A program made the position numbers and the translations under genes. DNA of 30,547 nucleotides from a virus (Duplodnaviria; Caudoviricetes). Positions within the stretch are counted from its first letter, which is position 1, and every line of letters starts with the position of its first letter. This document shows, piece after piece, positions 24,028 through 30,547 of the stretch. A model generated the notes under the pieces. It did not search any database, was not told the DNA's origin, and worked only from the letters and a program-made list of their open reading frames with translations. The DNA is taken from positions 1-30,547 of IMG/VR virus record IMGVR_UViG_3300035419_000031; one strand, 5' to 3'.

Positions 24028-24611
24028 CCTACAACCTCCGTTGCACCGAATGAGATGCCATAGAAACTGGCATCATTTACTGACCAAGCAGTCTCATTAG
24101 AAGCAAGCCTAAACACACCAGATGCACTAGTTAAATCAGCAGACACAGAACTACGAGCTTTACGCAACTTAGGCCAAATCTCTAGGGTTCCACTACCTGA
24201 CTTGTCTACTAGAACCTTGTGCAGTGTAGAATCAGATGCAGTGCCTAGCTGTATGTAATCACCAGCCTTTAATGTACCTGACATTGTAACGGTAACACTA
24301 CTATCACCAGCAGACCCTGTGATGGTTGCAGAGGTGGCTGTACCTCTCACTGAGGTAGCAGAAGGGTCATTCAGTAGGAAAGTACCGTAACGACCTTTTA
24401 GGCTCATCAGGAAGGCTATCCAGCTTTCTGCATCATCCCTGTTCATTGGTGGTAGGGTAACATCCGCTTCCCATATTTGACCATCGTAGGCGTAGACAGT
24501 TTGTTTGTAAGTGAAGGGGCTAGAAGATACCGCAACAGTATTCTTAGCCCTTAACTCAATACTAGCCATACCAATATTAGTTGGCAGGTCTAAAGGATAC
24601 GATATAGCCAT
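24024..24611 (-). CDS. Distal tail protein (putative)
   Basis: Directly after the tape measure gene; SPFTYKQ...WEADVTLPPM...FLMSLKGRYGTF. Confidence 0.75.
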   Translation of the reverse strand: MAISYPLDLPTNIGMASIELRAKNTVAVSSSPFTYKQTVYAYDGQIWEADVTLPPMNRDDAESWIAFLMSLKGRYGTFLLNDPSATSVRGTATSATITGSAGDSSVTVTMSGTLKAGDYIQLGTASDSTLHKVLVDKSGSGTLEIWPKLRKARSSVSADLTSASGVFRLASNETAWSVNDASFYGISFGATEVVG

Positions 24612-26380
24612 TATGCAAATGCCTTTCCATAGTTACCGCCACGCCTCTTACTGTCAACTACAGCAGATTTGGCAGTCTCAGCAATTTGTGGCATAAGGTT
24701 ACGGATCTCTGCACGTACAGTCTGAGATACCCCAGTGGAAATGTTTAAGTTCTGTACTACAGTTACACCACCACCCATATTGTCGTTAGCTACGACACCA
24801 CCATTAGATGAAGGTACGAAGAGTTCTGGTCCCCTTTCCCCTACAAGGTAAGGCTGTCCAGCAGTAACAGGTCCACCATTAGCTCTAGGTTTAAACATAC
24901 CACCTAAGAAACCAGCTAAACCAGAACTTTTTTCTGGCTCTGCTGCATTGAAGCTACCAACCATCCGTTGTACGACAAGAACTCTATACAACTGCCTGAT
25001 AATGTCAGCAGCCATGTCCCTAAAGGCTTCTTCTACAGTCTTAGTTCTTTCAGCTATAGACATAAGACCACTCTCAACAGATCTTGAGATGTCATTAACA
25101 AGACCTTGGTACTGCTTGTACTTTTCTATAAGGTTTCTTAGATTCTCGGCGTCTTGTTTGTTTTTATCAGCAAGAGCTTTCTTAGCTTGCCTCTCCGCTT
25201 CCTCAGTAGCTTTGATTGTTTCTAGGCGTCTAAACTCTGTCAGTTCAAGTTGGTGAGCAGATTCCAACGCATCTATAGCTGCTTTAGCCTGACCCTTTGA
25301 AAGATCAAGGTTTTCATCTCTTAGTTTTCTTCTAAGGGCCTCTGCTTCATTAGATTGCTTGAGTATGAAAAGATCTTCTCTGCTGGCATTAGCAGACATC
25401 ATGGCAGTCATAGCACGATCTATGTTAGCTTCTTTTAAGTTAGTTGCTAACTCTAGTGCTTTTTCTCTATCTTCTTTGCCCGTTCCAAACCTTTCGTCAG
25501 CTTCTTCAAACTTTCTCTTGTTGGCATAGAAGTCCTCAAGGGCTTTCTTAGCGGCAGCTAATCTATCTTCTGTACCCTCTGTAAAACCAAAGCCAAAGCC
25601 AAGTCTAACGCCTTTGGTAAAATCATAGAGGCCAGTTGCTCCACGTATATCAGTTTGATTTTTTCTTCTTGCGTCAGCGTGTTCTTTTGTTTTTTCAGCT
25701 AGGTTTAACTTTAAGAGTGCTTCTGTCTGATCCTCAATGCCATTGACAAGCATGTAGGTTTGCAACCTAAAGTCTTTGACACTACTTTTAGCTGCATCCA
25801 TAGCTTCTTTATAAGTCGTAAGACCAGTAGTACCTTCTTCACCAGCTTTTCTAGCGGCAACAAAAGCACCAGCCAAACCAGTACCAATGGCAAGTATCAT
25901 ACCTGCAATAGCACCAGCAGGGCCAAAGATACCAAGTAACTGTGAACCTTGTTGACCAAGGGCAACTAACGCACTAGTACCGCCTTGTACCTGTACTGCG
26001 AAATCCTGTACCTGATAACCGACCTGCTGCATACCAACAGCGCCGAATTTCTTAACCTTACGTGTATTTACGTCTGCAACTTGACCAAATTGGTTTATTG
26101 TTACGCCAGCTTGTGCGGCTTGCTTTTGTATTTGAGCAAAGGTTTGTGAGTACTCTTTTTGAGTTATAGCACCAGTAGAAACAGCCTTTTGAGCAATCAG
26201 TACTTGTTCTTTAAATACCTTAGTAGCCCTGTATGCAGGGTCAATAGCCATTTTAAGTTGACTGAATGACTTTTTCGCTGTCTTAGCGGTCAAATCAATC
26301 TTATCTTCTGTAGTGTTTAGATAGTCGTTAAGGACCTTGAGATCCGTAACGTCTACACTAACTTTAATCGAACTAGCCAT
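24611..26380 (-). CDS. Tail tape measure protein
   Basis: QVGYQVQDFAVQVQGG...LGQQGSQLLG (lambda-type TMP), Ala/Lys-rich helices, C-terminal RANGGPV...YLVGERGPELFVP. Confidence 0.92.
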   Translation of the reverse strand: MASSIKVSVDVTDLKVLNDYLNTTEDKIDLTAKTAKKSFSQLKMAIDPAYRATKVFKEQVLIAQKAVSTGAITQKEYSQTFAQIQKQAAQAGVTINQFGQVADVNTRKVKKFGAVGMQQVGYQVQDFAVQVQGGTSALVALGQQGSQLLGIFGPAGAIAGMILAIGTGLAGAFVAARKAGEEGTTGLTTYKEAMDAAKSSVKDFRLQTYMLVNGIEDQTEALLKLNLAEKTKEHADARRKNQTDIRGATGLYDFTKGVRLGFGFGFTEGTEDRLAAAKKALEDFYANKRKFEEADERFGTGKEDREKALELATNLKEANIDRAMTAMMSANASREDLFILKQSNEAEALRRKLRDENLDLSKGQAKAAIDALESAHQLELTEFRRLETIKATEEAERQAKKALADKNKQDAENLRNLIEKYKQYQGLVNDISRSVESGLMSIAERTKTVEEAFRDMAADIIRQLYRVLVVQRMVGSFNAAEPEKSSGLAGFLGGMFKPRANGGPVTAGQPYLVGERGPELFVPSSNGGVVANDNMGGGVTVVQNLNISTGVSQTVRAEIRNLMPQIAETAKSAVVDSKRRGGNYGKAFA

Positions 26381-26729
26381 TTATTGCCCTCACGTAAAGT
26401 AGGTCTAATTTCTTTATGACATCTACTTCCCAACCTTCAAGGGTATTGTCAGTAGTCTCTTGCCACGCTTTTATCTCTGTGAATGTTAGAGGTTGTGGGC
26501 CACTGTAACCAAATTGCCTACCCCCACTGATGGAAAAGAAGGAAGACCAGACATGAGCCATAGGGAAAGGAAACTTAGGGGCTTCTAACTCTTTTGGCTT
26601 ACGTCCAGTCTGTTTGGCAACCTGTTCCAAGTGTGCCGATTCAGTTACGCCTTTACTGTCGGATCTCATTAGCTTGAAACTATGTTCAGCAAATGCCTCT
26701 AGCTGATCGACTAGGCGATTGAAAAATTT
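26373..26729 (-). CDS. Tail assembly chaperone, frameshift extension (gpT-like portion)
   Basis: Track ORF 26373..26669 stays open upstream to the slippery site in the -1 frame; PLTFTEIKAW motif. Confidence 0.8.
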   Translation of the reverse strand, partial: KFFNRLVDQLEAFAEHSFKLMRSDSKGVTESAHLEQVAKQTGRKPKELEAPKFPFPMAHVWSSFFSISGGRQFGYSGPQPLTFTEIKAWQETTDNTLEGWEVDVIKKLDLLYVRAING

Positions 26730-27109
26730 AAGAAGTCAGTCAGGGCTTGTTCAATCTGGGTCTTCATCCAGAAAACCTCTGTGTAAACCTCTTCGCATTT
26801 CTCAACCGTGCAGGGTGGTTTCTCACCATCAAATGTAATGTTCCACATCTTAGTTGTGTGGATTAGAGTTTGAAGTGTGCCTTCTTCTAGGTCTTCTGAT
26901 TTTAGCTCAAAGCTACCACCGTCAGAAACCTGTGTAAGACGTTTATTAGTCTGCTGATGCAGAACGTCCTTGTATGGCTTACTGTGAGGTGCCCACATGG
27001 TAATAGTCATAGGGGTATCATCAGGGTTCATAAGGGGTTCACTAGTGTTAGGGTGAACCAGCTTAACTTCAAATGTATCACTCTTAGGTGTTAAGTCTTT
27101 TAAATCCAT
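26711..27109 (-). CDS. Tail assembly chaperone (gpG-like)
   Basis: Between tail tube and tape measure genes; ends DFLNFSIA with heptamer A AAT TTT. Confidence 0.85.
   Translation of the reverse strand: MDLKDLTPKSDTFEVKLVHPNTSEPLMNPDDTPMTITMWAPHSKPYKDVLHQQTNKRLTQVSDGGSFELKSEDLEEGTLQTLIHTTKMWNITFDGEKPPCTVEKCEEVYTEVFWMKTQIEQALTDFLNFSIA
26723..26729 (-). other. Programmed -1 ribosomal frameshift site (A AAT TTT)
   Basis: X XXY YYZ in frame, 3 sense codons before the stop; the -1 frame reads FNRLVDQLEAFAEHSFKL into MRSDSKG. Confidence 0.8.
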
Positions 27110-27140
27110 TGTCGAGTCTCCTTCGGGATTAAGTCGGGTA

Positions 27141-27182
27141 AAATAAAGTGGGGGGCATCGGACCCGACACCAACACCCCCCG
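27141..27182 (-). terminator. Probable terminator or attenuator after the tail tube gene
   Basis: Minus strand GGTGTCGG-GT-CCGATGCC stem within G/C runs, followed by ACTTTATTTT. Confidence 0.6.
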
Positions 27183-27196
27183 TTCCTAGCTAGGAA

Positions 27197-28108
27197 TTAC
27201 GCTGCTCTTGTAATCTTAAAGCTGGTTGTATCTGTAGTGTTGTACAACGCTGTAAAGCTACATGAGATAATGCGACTTGTTGGGCCATCGACACCAACAT
27301 CTGCACTGTTAATTTTTACACGAGGGAAGAAGAACGTCATGTCCTTTGTACCATCCCCTACAGACACAGTAAGTTCTGATTCTGTTTCGTTTACAAATCT
27401 GTTAATGATAGCTGCATCTTCAAAGTACACTGACATAGTACCTTCTAACTCTGCACGACCAACCTCTAAGCTAGGGGCAATGTTATCACCTACAACATAA
27501 GTTGGGGCAAAACCGTTAGTCAAAGTAAAGTCAAAGCTAGTTACGATAGCAGCAGTTGCTGGCGTACCATCTGCATTACCTATGGTCACATTGCCTGAGT
27601 AGGAATCAAAGGGTGTAGTAGTTGAGTCTGAGTCAGTAGCTGCAATCTGGGTTGCTGTAACTTCCATGTCACGACCCACAACACCAAAGGTAGTTGTTAC
27701 CATCTGGTTTGGTGCAATAGATACCCCTAAAGTGTTTACGGCGCAACCTCTAAAGAAGCGAGCTTGGTCAATGTCAGCGGCATAGTCTTGTACAGTAAAA
27801 TACTTTGGTGTAGTTCCGATAGTAAGGTTATTAGTTGCCCAAGTACTTAACATGGCACTCTCTAGCCAATCGTCGTACTCTTCATCACGTAGGTCTACTA
27901 CAATATCCCCTGCGATTGATTTGTTGCCATGACGCTGTACCCGTGGCATACGATCTGCTTGAATGTCATTTCCGACAACAGCATCTTTAGTCATATTCAG
28001 TGAGTGTGTACTGAATGGTAAATTTACAAAGCCTGACGTTGCTGGTGTTACGAAATTTGATTGCGTAGCATACGAGAGGCTTGAACGTGAACCCTGTGCA
28101 AAGGCCAT
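27197..28108 (-). CDS. Major tail tube protein
   Basis: 303 aa; AQGSR..., DRMPRVQRHGNKSIAGDI, FRGCAVN, FPRVKI; synteny. Confidence 0.88.
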   Translation of the reverse strand: MAFAQGSRSSLSYATQSNFVTPATSGFVNLPFSTHSLNMTKDAVVGNDIQADRMPRVQRHGNKSIAGDIVVDLRDEEYDDWLESAMLSTWATNNLTIGTTPKYFTVQDYAADIDQARFFRGCAVNTLGVSIAPNQMVTTTFGVVGRDMEVTATQIAATDSDSTTTPFDSYSGNVTIGNADGTPATAAIVTSFDFTLTNGFAPTYVVGDNIAPSLEVGRAELEGTMSVYFEDAAIINRFVNETESELTVSVGDGTKDMTFFFPRVKINSADVGVDGPTSRIISCSFTALYNTTDTTSFKITRAA

Positions 28109-28122
28109 AGTTATCTCCTAGA

Positions 28123-28530
28123 TTATTTATAAGCGTACCAACGAATACTTACAGGAACAAAGTACCAAGGACTATCTACAAATCCTTGCTGCCTTTCTGC
28201 ATATTCTATTGTTACATCTTGACTATTGTGAGTGAGTTTTGTTGTAGCCTCAAATGTTTCCATAACATTCTTAGCCAGTGTGTCTGCTGCATTGGGTCCA
28301 GACCCCTCTGGTGCATAACAGTTTATTGCAAGTAGTCCATCGTACCTCTGTTGGGGACTACTGCCCCTTACTGCTGGTCTACGTGTAACGGGGATGTATT
28401 TTACCTCTAAGTAACTTTGTCCCGTAGTAGGTGAAAACGATACATTCTCATAAGCTATAGATGGTACACTTGGTATATCGGCTAACTTGCTTTCAAGTGC
28501 AGCCCTAATGTCTTTGTCAATGTTAGCCAT
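28123..28530 (-). CDS. Tail terminator protein
   Basis: Track ORF 28123..28602, likely start MANIDKDIRAALE at 28530; IAYENVSFSP, GLLAINCYAPEGSG, VPVSIRWY. Confidence 0.78.
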   Translation of the reverse strand: MANIDKDIRAALESKLADIPSVPSIAYENVSFSPTTGQSYLEVKYIPVTRRPAVRGSSPQQRYDGLLAINCYAPEGSGPNAADTLAKNVMETFEATTKLTHNSQDVTIEYAERQQGFVDSPWYFVPVSIRWYAYK

Positions 28531-28924
28531 ATTTAATCTCCAACCTTTCAAAGACCCTGTGGTTATGCTTTGTCTCAACCAAATAGGCATGAGGCGCACC
28601 ATTGTATAGGTCTATTGATGTTGTGTTGTACAAGTCAACCCTGCTAATATCTCTAGCTAAGTTGTAACTAGCCTCTGCACCAGCGGCAGTTGGACTTATA
28701 TTTCTGGGCTTTCTGTGAGAAGACTTACCCCTTGGTCTACCTGCACCAACTATAAAACCAAAGCTAGTTATGTACGCACCAGTGTCAACAAAAGGTATTG
28801 AGAACCTTACGGCATCATCAGCTATGTTCTCTAAAAGTTCCCTAGCTTCGATTTCAATGTCTTTCTTAACTTGCTCAATCTGAGATTTCAAGTCTGACTT
28901 GTTGACTTCAAAACTTATCCTCAT
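28523..28924 (-). CDS. Tail completion / neck protein (HK97 gp10-like)
   Basis: PFVDTGAY...NGAPHAYLVE motif; synteny. Confidence 0.72.
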   Translation of the reverse strand: MRISFEVNKSDLKSQIEQVKKDIEIEARELLENIADDAVRFSIPFVDTGAYITSFGFIVGAGRPRGKSSHRKPRNISPTAAGAEASYNLARDISRVDLYNTTSIDLYNGAPHAYLVETKHNHRVFERLEIKYG

Positions 28925-29271
28925 TACTCTCTAACCTCACAGGTGTACATTATAGCAATGCCATTAGAGAAATGAGTTGTTACATTAGTTATAACAACCT
29001 TATCACCAAGACCAGTAATTTCATCGCTGTCAAAAGGCTCTACAGTCAAACCCAAAGCAGGGATTGCCACTTTTTTGACACCCCTTCGTATCTCAGAGTT
29101 ACCCTCAACACCTACAAGAACGTCATACATATATCCAGTTATTTCATGTTCAGTGACACTTCCCCCTGTAAGCGAACCTGTCGCTGGGTTGTAAGTACCG
29201 TCTGAAACTTTACGCAGTACTAGGGTCAAACCATGACGCTGCACCAGTCTTAACAAGTTGTAGGGGTTCAT
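28924..29271 (-). CDS. Head closure (stopper) protein
   Basis: GTYNPATG motif, beta-rich, ends CEVRE; synteny. Confidence 0.7.
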   Translation of the reverse strand: MNPYNLLRLVQRHGLTLVLRKVSDGTYNPATGSLTGGSVTEHEITGYMYDVLVGVEGNSEIRRGVKKVAIPALGLTVEPFDSDEITGLGDKVVITNVTTHFSNGIAIMYTCEVRE

Positions 29272-29279
29272 TGCAGATC

Positions 29280-29729
29280 CTATTCGTAATCGTAGTACTG
29301 TTCGTCAACCTTAAATTGGTCCTTATTGAATGCGGGTCTTACACGGGTTGTGTTCTCTCTAACTGTCTCAACAGTTGTTTTATTAATTCCACCAGCCTTG
29401 ATACCAAGTAAACCGCCAGTCTTTTGAGCTTGATACTCTAGTGCCTCTGCCAGTTCTAAATAGTGGGCTTGTATTTGTGAACTACTCTCCTTGAGAGCGC
29501 CACTAATCTCTACGTCTACGTTACGTGCATATTTAGCAGCAATAGTCCTACATAGGAAAGCCCCTGCTAAGTAAGTATTGTCATTAGCCTGTGCAAGAGT
29601 AAATTTTATCTCTTCGTCTTGCACTTGCTCATCTAGCTCATTAGTATCCCCAATGAGGAACCTAGTAGCATTTAAACGACCAAGTTCTGTTGTCGTATTT
29701 AGGTTTCGTTCATCATAGGACCAAGCCAT
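29280..29729 (-). CDS. Head-tail adaptor protein
   Basis: RFLIGDT...QDEEI.F.L motif; synteny. Confidence 0.72.
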   Translation of the reverse strand: MAWSYDERNLNTTTELGRLNATRFLIGDTNELDEQVQDEEIKFTLAQANDNTYLAGAFLCRTIAAKYARNVDVEISGALKESSSQIQAHYLELAEALEYQAQKTGGLLGIKAGGINKTTVETVRENTTRVRPAFNKDQFKVDEQYYDYE

Positions 29730-29732
29730 GTA

Positions 29733-30116
29733 TTATACCTCTAATTCACCATAGTTTCTACGCCAAGACCGTATCAAGCCTCTTTGCTTATCTAATATCT
29801 TAGACTTCTTACACTTTTTCTTAGTAAACGCTTGTTCAGTAGATGTCTTGGCTTTTACTTTACGGTTAATTTCATCAACCAGAGCATTTAAGCCATCTGA
29901 GTCCAGTGACTCTAACCCATCCCCTACTTTCATGTTACTAGATAATTCTTCATTGTGGTATAAAAAGCCCATGTTATAAAGCTGCATCACTTTATCTGTG
30001 GCTACTCCCACTTCTTTCCAAGGGAAATGATCTTGTCGTGACCAGTTTCGACCATTAGCATTAAATTCCATCTTGACGAATACGGGCAGGTCAAATTGAA
30101 AAGGTAAGTTATACAT
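29733..30116 (-). CDS. Hypothetical protein downstream of the capsid gene
   Basis: 127 aa with AGGA RBS. Confidence 0.75.
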   Translation of the reverse strand: MYNLPFQFDLPVFVKMEFNANGRNWSRQDHFPWKEVGVATDKVMQLYNMGFLYHNEELSSNMKVGDGLESLDSDGLNALVDEINRKVKAKTSTEQAFTKKKCKKSKILDKQRGLIRSWRRNYGELEV

Positions 30117-30138
30117 TGTCAGATCCTATATATGAGTA

Positions 30139-30163
30139 GGGTGGGAACCTAAGCCCCCACCCC
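30139..30163 (-). terminator. Stem-loop after the major capsid gene
   Basis: Minus strand GGGTGGGGGC-TTAG-GTTCCCACCC; weak U-tract. Confidence 0.55.
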
Positions 30164-30170
30164 AGTAACA

Positions 30171-30547
30171 TTAAGCTACAGCGTTTACGAACAAGTAACC
30201 CAAGTCAGCGCCAGTGACTTTCATGTCATAGGCCATTTTAACTTGAATATGCTCTGCAACCTGCATACGCTTCAAGGCATCGTCTGAGTATGACTCAACA
30301 GTGATACCCAAGTTGTTTGCTGATGGAATGTTGTTCCATGCAAAGGTTCCACCCGCCATTGGCGTCATCAAGCCAGCGTTAGGTGCCTTGTGTACCAACA
30401 GGGCATTCTTACCGCCGATAAAGGCATTTGACTCAGCAACACCTTCAACAGAAGAGTTCTTAACAGCTTCCATGACATAGAATGATTCTACCTCAAAGAT
30501 TTCTGCCAGTTTAGCATCTGTAATCAAAGCTGGGTTTGATACAGTTG
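30171..30547 (-). CDS. Major capsid protein, C-terminal part (truncated at the window edge)
   Basis: Frame open to the edge (TVSNPALITDAKLAEIFEV...); PMAGGTFAW, YDMKVTGADLGYLFVNAVA; upstream of head-tail genes. Confidence 0.8.
   Translation of the reverse strand, partial: TVSNPALITDAKLAEIFEVESFYVMEAVKNSSVEGVAESNAFIGGKNALLVHKAPNAGLMTPMAGGTFAWNNIPSANNLGITVESYSDDALKRMQVAEHIQVKMAYDMKVTGADLGYLFVNAVA

Noticed and set aside
4695-29205. Antisense or alternate-frame ORFs inside recognised genes (e.g. 10737..11093, 12044..12337, 24948..25256, 27237..27500)
   Set aside because: Fully overlap well-supported genes and show no recognisable motifs.
1-30547. Prophage, GTA cluster, tRNA genes, introns or inteins
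   Set aside because: No integrase, host genes or tRNA cloverleaf seen; a full replication module argues against a GTA; polA, nrdJ and terL are uninterrupted and of ordinary length.

Overview
Most of the genome of a tailed dsDNA phage with siphovirus-type tail genes, probably infecting a marine alphaproteobacterium (Rhodobacteraceae-like). The host is inferred from alpha-type LexA boxes, a DUF1127 gene, class II RNR, and a GTA-like terminase and holin. The window runs from inside terL (minus strand, cut at the left edge) to inside the major capsid gene (minus strand, cut at the right edge), so portal and prohead genes are probably outside it. Order: terL/terS; non-coding block 1630-2160; a small leftward module with an HhH-GPD-like gene; a ~1.1 kb divergent non-coding region; then a rightward early and replication arm. 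That arm has small ORFs, SleB, an ArfA-like peptide, thyX, a phage sigma factor, T7-like primase-helicase/polA/SSB/exonuclease/endonuclease, MazG, DUF1127, nrdJ and DUF3310. A bidirectional terminator separates it from the leftward lysis, tail and head arm. No RNA polymerase, integrase or repressor is visible. Most notable: (1) 3420-4440 is a mosaic of several arrays of operator-like motifs, including six perfect GAAC-N7-GAAC LexA boxes, suggesting a host-transcription-factor decoy region; (2) a 29-bp promoter-like motif occurs three times, once at the end of the sigma gene; (3) a strand-biased CCCCNN(A/C)GTGG(A/G)AA motif is dispersed across the genome. All protein calls come from motif recognition by eye, not database searches.
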